Shown here piece by piece: positions 43,624 to 51,440 of a stretch of 64,000 nucleotides of DNA. Under the pieces are notes generated by a model that saw only the letters and a list, made by a program, of their open reading frames with translations, made no database searches and was not told the origin of the DNA. The stretch is from the IMG/VR virus record IMGVR_UViG_3300037418_002559, positions 15,999 to 79,998 of that record. The stretch is one strand, 5' to 3'. Every line of letters begins with the position of its first letter. The stretch's first letter is position 1. The stretch comes from a virus (taxonomy: Duplodnaviria; Heunggongvirae; Uroviricota; Caudoviricetes). The position numbers and the translations under genes were made by a program.

Positions 43624-43890
43624 ATGAGACGCTGTCCAAAACGTTACCGCCATCCTTGTGACACTGAGCTTCGTAATCATGCGCCGTTGTCGTATATCAT
43701 TCTGGACGCCGTTCGGTGCGGGCTGTACGCACCGACGCATCCAGACTCTACGCGGCAGCGGAAGACCCGGCAGCGCGTCGTCGAGCGGCGCGCAGAACGA
43801 TTCGCCAAGCAAAATCAACCGACCTGGCTCCCGACGCTTCCAACGGTCTGGGAGCCAAAGCCCGTTTACGGACGGTTCTGGAGCTATTGA
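43624..43890 (+). CDS. hypothetical basic small protein
   Basis: ATGA overlap. Confidence 0.35.
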   Translation: MRRCPKRYRHPCDTELRNHAPLSYIILDAVRCGLYAPTHPDSTRQRKTRQRVVERRAERFAKQNQPTWLPTLPTVWEPKPVYGRFWSY

Positions 43891-43896
43891 AAACGC

Positions 43897-43936
43897 GCTA
43901 TAATGTTTCCAGCGGCCTGAAGGGAGCCGACAGAAA
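43897..43936 (+). promoter_or_regulatory. TATAAT plus conserved SD-hairpin cassette (copy 2)
   Basis: TATAAT at 43899-43904. The next 33 nt are identical to 42491-42523. ATG at 43937. Confidence 0.45.
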
Positions 43937-44335
43937 ATGAAAAACAGAAAATCTCAACGAGCAGCAGCAGATTTTATATGCAACATGTCCACCAGTGAGT
44001 GGATCGCGTACTGCAATGCAATGACACCCGAAACTCGGCAAATGCTGCTTGGCGATGCGGCGCCAGTTTCACTTGCGGACTTTGAAGGCAGCCGCAAGAC
44101 AGTGAAAACGAATAGTCAGTACAACGAAAAGAAGGCAATGCGCCAAGGGTGGCTGCTTGCAAACACAGGCAAGAAAATTGAAATTCAGCGCTACGACAAA
44201 GCGGAGAGATTTTCTTCAGACGCTGAGGCGCTTAAATTCGTGAAAGTCTTAGCGAAGAACGGTGATGAACACGCAAAATTCTGTCTGCGTTGTCTGACGC
44301 AAACAAGAAACAACGTACCTTGGGCGATCAACTAG
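43937..44335 (+). CDS. hypothetical protein
   Basis: ORF track entry. Confidence 0.45.
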   Translation: MKNRKSQRAAADFICNMSTSEWIAYCNAMTPETRQMLLGDAAPVSLADFEGSRKTVKTNSQYNEKKAMRQGWLLANTGKKIEIQRYDKAERFSSDAEALKFVKVLAKNGDEHAKFCLRCLTQTRNNVPWAIN

Positions 44336-44360
44336 GCCGCTAACAGGCAAACTTCGAATC

Positions 44361-44390
44361 TTTTAGCGGCCTGAAAGGAGCCGACGGAAA
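44361..44390 (+). promoter_or_regulatory. conserved SD-hairpin cassette (copy 3, no TATAAT)
   Basis: TTTTAGCGGCCTGAAAGGAGCCGACGGAAAATG. Confidence 0.4.
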
Positions 44391-44903
44391 ATGAAAACGA
44401 TAAAGGATTTTCAAGCAGATGCCGCGTATTATGCGCACTTGGCAAGACGACAAGGCGCGCTGGTAAAATTGACGATCGAAGCGATGGACAGTTGCGGAAT
44501 TGGACACGCGTATACGCCGCAACTCGCTGAGCAGCTTCAGAAGGGCGCTATGAAGGCGTGGCGCTTGGCCGAGATGGCCGTATCCAACGGGTACGTTTTG
44601 CCAGAAGACCTGCAACAGAAAGCCTACACGTCTGAAGACGCAGCAAAGAAGGAAACGCACCGTCCAGCGCTCGTAAGAAAATTCATCACAAGCATAGCGC
44701 CTTACGACCCGCGCATCGCGAACGAGGTAGGAGGGTTTGGAATCGGATTCCCACACGTTGGTCTACGGAAAATTGCCGAAGAGATGGGCTTCGGTACTAC
44801 GTACAGCACGTTCGGAACCGTGAATGTATTTTCTTCCACTTTGAAAGCGTGGAATGGCTGTCCGCTTCAACTCGGTTGGATCGTGGAGGTCTCCAATGCC
44901 TAA
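44391..44903 (+). CDS. hypothetical protein
   Basis: ORF track entry. Confidence 0.45.
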   Translation: MKTIKDFQADAAYYAHLARRQGALVKLTIEAMDSCGIGHAYTPQLAEQLQKGAMKAWRLAEMAVSNGYVLPEDLQQKAYTSEDAAKKETHRPALVRKFITSIAPYDPRIANEVGGFGIGFPHVGLRKIAEEMGFGTTYSTFGTVNVFSSTLKAWNGCPLQLGWIVEVSNA

Positions 44904-45933
44904 CGAAGTCATCTCAGACAACGTCGTACGCAAGATTCAGCTTCTGCTGCAACTCGCGGAGCGCGCGCACGGTAACGAGGTTGAGGCCGCAGCAGCGATG
45001 GCCAAGGCGCAAGAGCTCCTCGCGCGCTACAACCTGGACCTCACCACCGTACAGGACAAGGTAGTCGCAGGCGGCACCAACACGCCGGATGATGCAATGG
45101 CGAAGCGCGATTACGCCGTCACAAAGCGTAGCGCGATGTACCAGTGGCAGCGCAACCTTGTACGCGCGATTGCTGAAGCGAACTACTGCAAATACTGGAC
45201 GGCTGAGGTTACTGAAAAGGCGTACATTCCGCCCAGCAAGCGCAAGTATGGCACGGAAGATGAATCGCATCAGGACATCCATGTCAAGCGTCACAAGGTG
45301 CTGGGGCGCACGGCGAACACGATGTCGGTCATGCTCATGGTGGATTATCTGCTGGACACGATTGAGCGCTTACTGCCGTATCCGCAGAAAGAACGACTCA
45401 GCCGCTCAGCGAACAGCTGGCGCGAAGGATGCGCTGACCGGCTGATAGAGCGCGTGCGTGATAAGGCCGAGTCTATGCGCAAGGCGGACTATGCTACCCA
45501 AGGCGAAGCTGCGTACAGCACGGCTATCGCGGTACGCAATATGGCCACGGCTGAAGAAATCGGCAACTACGACCACATCAACGGCACGGGCGCGTGGGCG
45601 CGCAAACTTGAGCGTGATGCGAAGTGGGCAGAAGAGTCTAAGCAGTGGGCAGCCGCGCGAGAAGAACGCGAGAAACGTGAACTCGCTGAACTGGAAGCGA
45701 AGCTCGCCTTGGAAACGCCGGAGCAGAAAGCGCGCCGCGAAAAGAAGGAGGCGAAGCAGCGAGAAGCTGACGCGCGCTATGCAAGTCGTTACTGGGAACG
45801 GCAGGATCGCAAGGCGGAGCGCGAAGCACAGCGACGCGACCACGCCGCGTACAGCAGCGGGTCCAGAACGGCTGAGAAAATCGGGCTGGACGCGCAGCTG
45901 AAGCCCGGCAAGGAGGCCCAGAAGCTGGGCTAA
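44896..45933 (+). CDS. hypothetical protein with Lys/Glu/Arg-rich coiled-coil C-terminus
   Basis: GGAGG SD before ATG at 44896; EEREKRELAELEAKLALE... Confidence 0.5.
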   Translation: MPNEVISDNVVRKIQLLLQLAERAHGNEVEAAAAMAKAQELLARYNLDLTTVQDKVVAGGTNTPDDAMAKRDYAVTKRSAMYQWQRNLVRAIAEANYCKYWTAEVTEKAYIPPSKRKYGTEDESHQDIHVKRHKVLGRTANTMSVMLMVDYLLDTIERLLPYPQKERLSRSANSWREGCADRLIERVRDKAESMRKADYATQGEAAYSTAIAVRNMATAEEIGNYDHINGTGAWARKLERDAKWAEESKQWAAAREEREKRELAELEAKLALETPEQKARREKKEAKQREADARYASRYWERQDRKAEREAQRRDHAAYSSGSRTAEKIGLDAQLKPGKEAQKLG

Positions 45934-45995
45934 GTCACTGATTCTGCGCTGGTTGCAGCGAAGAAAATAAATCCTTCACGTGCCAATTTCTCCGT

Positions 45996-46030
45996 TATAA
46001 TTGTTGTGCGGCTGAAAGGAGCCGCTCCAA
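45996..46030 (+). promoter_or_regulatory. TATAAT plus perfect GCGGC/GCCGC hairpin with TGAAAGGA loop
   Basis: TATAAT at 45996-46001; hairpin 46008-46025; ATG at 46031. Confidence 0.45.
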
Positions 46031-46219
46031 ATGTTTATTTTCTTCGCTCCTGCCTTGCTCGCTTTACTCACAATCTTCGTGATCGCGTTCCGTGATCAGT
46101 TCGCCGCTGACAAACAGAAACCCATGCTGGAAGAAATACAGGATGCGCGGATCGCCTACAGCCAAGAAGTTTGGGAACAGGCCCGCAAGGAAGCTCTCGG
46201 AATCGAAGTAAACGCCTAG
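46031..46219 (+). CDS. small membrane protein
   Basis: MFIFFAPALLALLTIFVIAF. Confidence 0.35.
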   Translation: MFIFFAPALLALLTIFVIAFRDQFAADKQKPMLEEIQDARIAYSQEVWEQARKEALGIEVNA

Positions 46220-46241
46220 TCAACGCAGCACGAACCCGAGT

Positions 46242-46268
46242 CCAGCGCCTGAAGGGAGCGCCACTCAA
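46242..46268 (+). promoter_or_regulatory. SD-hairpin cassette variant
   Basis: CCAGCGCCTGAAGGGAGCGCC then ATG at 46269. Confidence 0.35.
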
Positions 46269-47936
46269 ATGACCGCAAAGAAAGTTACCGCCACCGTGAA
46301 GAAGTCCGCTAAACCAGAAGCCGTAAAAGCCACCGCCGCGCGCCTCACAAAGAAAGCTGACGCCGCCATCAAGAAGGCTGTCAGCGCGACTGCATCGCGG
46401 ATGGCCGATGAAGTCATCGCTCCCACACCGGTCAAGGCGAAGGAAATCAATGTCCGTAAACGGAACAAGGTTGGACTGGGTGTTATTGCAGATGAATTAC
46501 TCAGGCCAGTCAAAGCGCCAGTAACGCCGCTTACGAAGCTTTTGCTCAATGCGGGCTTCGTACACGCTCGTTCAGAAGCTGCCGACGAGCGCGACATTGC
46601 GCACGGCTACACCCACCCGGACGGCTCCGCTGCGATGTTCGTCCACTCCGCTACGAGTACGGACGTAGCGCCACGCTGGACCATCAAACAAGCGGACGGC
46701 ACGACGCTGAATGGTAAGACCGCCAAAGAGCTCGCGCTCGCTCTAACAAAGCCAGAAGCGCTTCCGGCGAATGTAACGTCGGCGCTGGACCTGCTTCGTA
46801 AGCTGACCAAAGGAACGTACCGACTCAACGACCTTGCCGGCGACGGTAATTACAAGGCACGCTTGCAGTTGCTGAAAAAGCTACTCAATACGGACAAGGT
46901 GCTTGTGAAGCAAAGCGGCGTCAACAACCTTGTCAAAGCGTTTTACTCGGCTCTGGACATCAAGACTGCAGCCGCTGCAGTCATGGCGTCTGAGTTCGAA
47001 GCGCGGTGCACTAGCCTTTTCAAGCAAGAGCAGAAGGCGGAGCGCGTTGTAGCGCGCGTAGAGAAGGCTGAAGTCAAAGAAGTTTTGAAGAACACGGCTT
47101 TTCAGCGCGAAGTCCACGATGGGAAGCCGATTCTTCCTGGTGTAAAGAAGCTGAGTGCCAAGAAACAGCGCGCCGCCGACGAAGCAGCCAAGGCCGAACT
47201 CGCAGCACAAATAGCACACAAGCGGCGGCAGGAAGAGTATACGCCGATTGCGGTCCCCCGTCCAGATTCAAAGGTAGATATCGACCTTTCCAGCATCTGT
47301 TTACTGGAAGACCCAAACAATGGAATCGTACTCATGTGTTTGGAAAAGCCAAATTCCCAGGGCGCGATTTGCGTGTATAATAATGGAAGTCGCGTTGCAG
47401 CCGGTGTTGTACCGACAGAAGTTTTGAATTCCCTGCGTCCCTTAGTGTCAGAAGACCTAGTGAGGGATGTGAACCAGTTACTGCACCCGATAACTGCGGG
47501 TGTCATTGTAACTCCACAAGCTGAACAACAGCTAACCGCAGTACTCAACTACTGCAAGGAGAATATCATCATGTCGACCGAAACCGCAGTAAAGACCAAG
47601 AAGTTCGCTCCTCCCGCCAGCGCCGCCAAGAAGGCATCGAAGAAGGCCGCGAAGCCAGCGCTCAAGACAGCCAAGAAGTCAGCCCACGACAAGGCTGAGC
47701 GCGCGCCGCGTATCACCGAAGATCGCAAGATCAAGGCGCTCATCACGGCGAAGGACAAGGAGCGCATGCCGCGCGAAGGCAGCTTCTGCTTCGGACAAGT
47801 CCAGGCCGTCATCGGCAGCAAGACTGTCAGCGAGGCGCAGGCCAAGCTGGACAAGAGTGGCCTGAATCCCAACAACCGTAAGCTGGAAGTCGCGTGGCTC
47901 CAGAAGCAAGGCTTCATCGAAGTAGCCACCGCCTAA
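46269..47936 (+). CDS. histone H1-like Lys/Ala-rich protein (555 aa)
   Basis: AKKA/KKAV-type low-complexity regions at both termini (KKVTATVKKSAKPEAVKATAARLTKKADAAIKKAV; KKASKKAAKPALKTAKKSA). Confidence 0.55.
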   Translation: MTAKKVTATVKKSAKPEAVKATAARLTKKADAAIKKAVSATASRMADEVIAPTPVKAKEINVRKRNKVGLGVIADELLRPVKAPVTPLTKLLLNAGFVHARSEAADERDIAHGYTHPDGSAAMFVHSATSTDVAPRWTIKQADGTTLNGKTAKELALALTKPEALPANVTSALDLLRKLTKGTYRLNDLAGDGNYKARLQLLKKLLNTDKVLVKQSGVNNLVKAFYSALDIKTAAAAVMASEFEARCTSLFKQEQKAERVVARVEKAEVKEVLKNTAFQREVHDGKPILPGVKKLSAKKQRAADEAAKAELAAQIAHKRRQEEYTPIAVPRPDSKVDIDLSSICLLEDPNNGIVLMCLEKPNSQGAICVYNNGSRVAAGVVPTEVLNSLRPLVSEDLVRDVNQLLHPITAGVIVTPQAEQQLTAVLNYCKENIIMSTETAVKTKKFAPPASAAKKASKKAAKPALKTAKKSAHDKAERAPRITEDRKIKALITAKDKERMPREGSFCFGQVQAVIGSKTVSEAQAKLDKSGLNPNNRKLEVAWLQKQGFIEVATA

Positions 47937-47952
47937 GTTCATCAACCGCGTG

Positions 47953-47983
47953 GGACCGGCGCGTAATCCGGTCCATTCCTCTT
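47953..47983 (+). terminator. putative terminator hairpin (weak U tract)
   Basis: GGACCGG-cgcgtaat-CCGGTCC followed by ATTCCTCTT, 17 nt after the stop at 47936. Confidence 0.35.
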
Positions 47984-48005
47984 AGCCTGCAAAGGATCCA
48001 GACAA

Positions 48006-48230
48006 ATGCCTGTAACGCTCGCCCGTCGCATTCGCCGCATCGGACTTCTGCCAACAACCTACAAGGAAACCAAGGAGACCGTTCTCAGGGTCAACGAGGA
48101 CGGAGAAGAAATCACAATCACGCACACCAAGAAAATTCCTGTTCGGCACCACAGCCGCATGTCTAACGATACGCGCGCTGAAATAACCAGTAAGCTACGC
48201 GCTGAAGCGAAAGCAAAACGCAAGAAGTAG
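48006..48230 (+). CDS. hypothetical basic small protein
   Basis: ORF track entry. Confidence 0.4.
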   Translation: MPVTLARRIRRIGLLPTTYKETKETVLRVNEDGEEITITHTKKIPVRHHSRMSNDTRAEITSKLRAEAKAKRKK

Positions 48231-48267
48231 TAGCCAGCCTACCAAACTAAATTCAAACCCCTATTGC

Positions 48268-48304
48268 CGTCCACCCAGTTCAACGGGTGGACGTCGTAGT
48301 TTCT
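48268..48304 (+). terminator. rho-independent terminator
   Basis: 9-bp stem CGTCCACCC-agttcaac-GGGTGGACG followed by TCGTAGTTTCT. Separates the upstream genes from the cassette starting at 48318. Confidence 0.6.
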
Positions 48305-48317
48305 GGAACGGAGATAA

Positions 48318-49163
48318 ATGAAAAATTTAACGCTCATCATACCCACGCATGGCCGGGTGGGAAAGCAAACCACGCTCCAAGCATTACCGACCAAACTTCA
48401 GGCCGAGGTCATTCTCGTTACTTCTCTGCCAGGAGAAGCGAAAGAGCTGCGCGCCCTTTACCCTAAGAACGAGGTAGCCGTAGCCAAGGGGACTACGTCT
48501 ATCGCTACCAAGCGGCACTGGATTATGCAGAACATTAAAGGCCGCATGCTGTTCATGCTGGACGACGACATAGCCTTCTTTGAGCGCTGCCCGCCCAAGT
48601 GGCGCGTGTGGGAGCCGCACCGCAAGGCCTACGCCTTGGCCAAGGAGGCCCCGGCCGACGCTGCCTTGATGAAGCGCCTGTATCCGCAGGACGCCAAGCT
48701 GCTCTCTTTGTTTCAGGACATGGATAAACGGGTGGCTTCACACAAACCAGCCATGATTGGTATAGCGCATCGGCGGCACAGCGATAAGAAGCAGGAATCA
48801 TGGGAAGTCAACGCGCGCATGATGTACGCATTCGGCGTAGATCCGGCCATTTACAAGGAAGAGAAAATTCGGTTCGATCGTGTAGGACTTCGTGAGGATT
48901 TCCACGTTGTTCTAAGCATGCTGCGCAGAGGACACGAGTGTCATAATTATCTGGAGCTACTGAACAATGAGTATGGCTCGTTCGGCGCTGCTGGTGGGTG
49001 CAGTGGTGAACGCTCCATGGAGTACAGCAACGAGCAGTGCTACGCGCTGCAGAAGCTGCACCCGGAGTTCGTCAAAGTTGTGGAGAGAGATTACAAAGGC
49101 TCCTTTCCACGCAAAGAGGTAGTCGTAGCCTGGAAGAAAGCATTTGAAAGTAGCAAGCAATGA
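48318..49163 (+). CDS. GT-A-fold (DXD) glycosyl/phospho-group transferase
   Basis: GGAG SD; LTLIIPTHGR (GT2-like N-terminus); MLFMLDDDIAFF (DXD). Confidence 0.6.
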   Translation: MKNLTLIIPTHGRVGKQTTLQALPTKLQAEVILVTSLPGEAKELRALYPKNEVAVAKGTTSIATKRHWIMQNIKGRMLFMLDDDIAFFERCPPKWRVWEPHRKAYALAKEAPADAALMKRLYPQDAKLLSLFQDMDKRVASHKPAMIGIAHRRHSDKKQESWEVNARMMYAFGVDPAIYKEEKIRFDRVGLREDFHVVLSMLRRGHECHNYLELLNNEYGSFGAAGGCSGERSMEYSNEQCYALQKLHPEFVKVVERDYKGSFPRKEVVVAWKKAFESSKQ

Positions 49164-49858
49164 TCATAGACCATAAAATTGTACGTAATAGCGGCTCCAC
49201 GCTGGAGCCGTGCATCTATAAGAGCGGCCCAGGTACAGTCGCGCAAGGTAGGAAGATGCTGGCGTATCCACACGTATTTGCGCCTGTGCTCGGTATTACT
49301 GACCATGGCTACTGTATGCCACGTCTGAATGAACCGTCCAGTGTCTCTCTTTCTGCAGCGCTGGATCGATTAGTCGTACTCTGGAACTCGACGGACATTG
49401 GACTGCTTGTCGCAACGCGTGCGCAACACCACGAAACGCAAGTAGCGCCTTTGGCTACTGAGCCGCTCCTGCGGCGCGCGCTGGAGCAGTGGCACGCACG
49501 TGTGCAGACAGTACACGGTACTGCTGTCAACGTTGTGCACGGTGATCCAACACTTGAGAATTACATGTACAATGGTGTCTGGCTGGACCCCAGTACGCGC
49601 CCGTTGCCTTTGGAAGCTGAGTTGGATGGCGGCAAGTTACTACAGTCTTACTTTGGCTACGGCCATTGTGGCACTACGGAAGAACTGCAAGCGATCAGAA
49701 AATTCATTCACACATGTGGACTGAATCTAGATTTGTGCGCGTATTACCTGGTCACACACTTGGTACGCTTGTACCGTGTTCAGCCGCAGGCCCAGTTCTG
49801 GGCAGTTACAGTAGCCGAAACGCTTGAGGAAAGAATGGAGGATTTTAAATGCAAGTAG
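49160..49858 (+). CDS. APH/choline-kinase-fold small-molecule kinase
   Basis: Brenner motif VVHGDPTLENYMY (HGDxxxxN) then WLDPS; ATGA overlap with the upstream gene. Confidence 0.6.
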   Translation: MIIDHKIVRNSGSTLEPCIYKSGPGTVAQGRKMLAYPHVFAPVLGITDHGYCMPRLNEPSSVSLSAALDRLVVLWNSTDIGLLVATRAQHHETQVAPLATEPLLRRALEQWHARVQTVHGTAVNVVHGDPTLENYMYNGVWLDPSTRPLPLEAELDGGKLLQSYFGYGHCGTTEELQAIRKFIHTCGLNLDLCAYYLVTHLVRLYRVQPQAQFWAVTVAETLEERMEDFKCK

Positions 49859-50583
49859 TAATCTTAGCTGCTGGGCGTGGCATACGCTTCGGCTCGGATA
49901 TTGTGCCGAAGATACTGCATACAGCCAGAGGCAAAACGTTGTTCAGACATGCCTTGGAGCAAGCTGCGGAGGTAAGCCGAACGCCAGTAGTCGTATGCAT
50001 GGCTGGGCTGGAAGAACGTCTGTCCAAAAATACACCCGTAAGTATTTATCCGTTGTTCAGCCCTATCCACGTCACACAGCAAGGTGCAGCGCTGTCGTTG
50101 CTTACGGCGGCTGGTCGTATGCAAGATGATGAGCCACTACTTGTCATGGACTGCGATACTATCTTTGCAAGTGGTACTATGATGCGCTTCGCTGACTTCG
50201 CTACGCGTGCATTCGCTGCTGGAAAAAACTCGGCTGTACTGACCTTCGTTCCAAACGACGACAGTGCGCGCTACAGCTTCGCAGCTGTCGATACGCAGGA
50301 AGATACGCCGTTCCCACACGTCGCCATGGTAGTGGAAAAGGAGCGTATTAGTAACGTGGCCACTTGCGGCGTCCATGCCTTCGCGTCTTGGACTGTCGTT
50401 CGGCAGGCCATTTATGAAATGGTTATTTTACAGACCATGACGAACGGAGAGTATTACTTAGCCCCTGCGCACAACAACATCGTTGGTACGACAGCCATGC
50501 TGATCGTTGCTGACCAGTTCAACCACGTTGGTACACCTGCTGAATTGGAGGCCTATGAGCGAGCAGTTTCCGCGACTCGATGA
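49849..50583 (+). CDS. sugar-phosphate nucleotidyltransferase (GlmU/IspD/RmlA-like NTP_transferase)
   Basis: N-terminal VVILAAGRGIRFGSDIVPKILHTARGKTL signature; 10-nt overlap with the kinase gene. Confidence 0.65.
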   Translation: MQVVILAAGRGIRFGSDIVPKILHTARGKTLFRHALEQAAEVSRTPVVVCMAGLEERLSKNTPVSIYPLFSPIHVTQQGAALSLLTAAGRMQDDEPLLVMDCDTIFASGTMMRFADFATRAFAAGKNSAVLTFVPNDDSARYSFAAVDTQEDTPFPHVAMVVEKERISNVATCGVHAFASWTVVRQAIYEMVILQTMTNGEYYLAPAHNNIVGTTAMLIVADQFNHVGTPAELEAYERAVSATR

Positions 50584-51418
50584 GTTTGTTCGGTTTGTAA
50601 ATGAACGTTGGAGCATACACCTGAAGCGCACAGAAGGTCTGCCGGCACCATGGACGAAGGATCCTATACTACAAAAGTACCGCTTTACAAATGTTCGCCG
50701 AGAAGATGACCGTGTTACTCGCTGGATACATGAGCAGTGGCTACGCGACCGCGCGACCGACGAGCTGTGGCTCGCTTTCTACGTTAGTCGCGTATTCAAT
50801 AAGCCGGAAACATTGGCCGCAATTGGTTGGCCGTTACCATGGAGCGCTGCTACGAAGAAACGAGTGTATACCGCCATTAAGAAGAGGCAAGCAAATGGTG
50901 AGCGGGTCTTCAACGCAGCCTACATCGTATCATCACATGGGCGCGCGACTTGCTCTAAGACTGAATACTACATGGAGATCTTCGACGAACTGTGGGCGCG
51001 ACGTAAAGTTGTTCGGCCCGTTCACGGAGATAGTCTGGAATCATTTTTCAGTAGATTGTGCGAACAGCCCGGTATCGGCGGCTTTATGGGAGCTCAAGTA
51101 GTGGCTGACATAAAAGCGTACGAGCCACTATACGGCTCTGACGACCTGTACACGTTTGCACGTAGCGGCCCTGGTAGTCGGCGTGGCATGCATTGGGTGC
51201 GTGGAACGGAGCCACTGCCGCGGTACAACGAGAGTGCATGGCAGGCAGACTTACTACTACTTATGGCTGCAGTGCGGCCTAAGCTCAAAGTATCGCTGGA
51301 TGCTCAGAATCTACAGAATTGCCTGTGCGAGTTCAGTAAGTACTGCAAGGTGAAGTTCAACGGCGGACGGGCTAAACAGATATTCCGGCCGAGTGTAGCT
51401 GCTTACACCAGCCTATAA
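50555..51418 (+). CDS. putative aGPT-Pplase-like DNA base hypermodification enzyme
   Basis: GGAGG SD 3 nt before the ATG. N-terminal WSIHLKRTEGLPAPWTKDPILQKYRFTNVRREDDRVTRW matches my recollection of the aGPT-Pplase family. The call rests on context and memory. Confidence 0.45.
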   Translation: MSEQFPRLDEFVRFVNERWSIHLKRTEGLPAPWTKDPILQKYRFTNVRREDDRVTRWIHEQWLRDRATDELWLAFYVSRVFNKPETLAAIGWPLPWSAATKKRVYTAIKKRQANGERVFNAAYIVSSHGRATCSKTEYYMEIFDELWARRKVVRPVHGDSLESFFSRLCEQPGIGGFMGAQVVADIKAYEPLYGSDDLYTFARSGPGSRRGMHWVRGTEPLPRYNESAWQADLLLLMAAVRPKLKVSLDAQNLQNCLCEFSKYCKVKFNGGRAKQIFRPSVAAYTSL

Positions 51419-51440
51419 TTAAAGTAAACAAGGAGAAGTA
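51411..51440 (+). promoter_or_regulatory. internal promoter-like GCCTATAATTAA element
   Basis: TATAAT at 51414-51419, overlapping the upstream stop. AAGGAGAAG SD then ATG at 51441. Confidence 0.4.
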
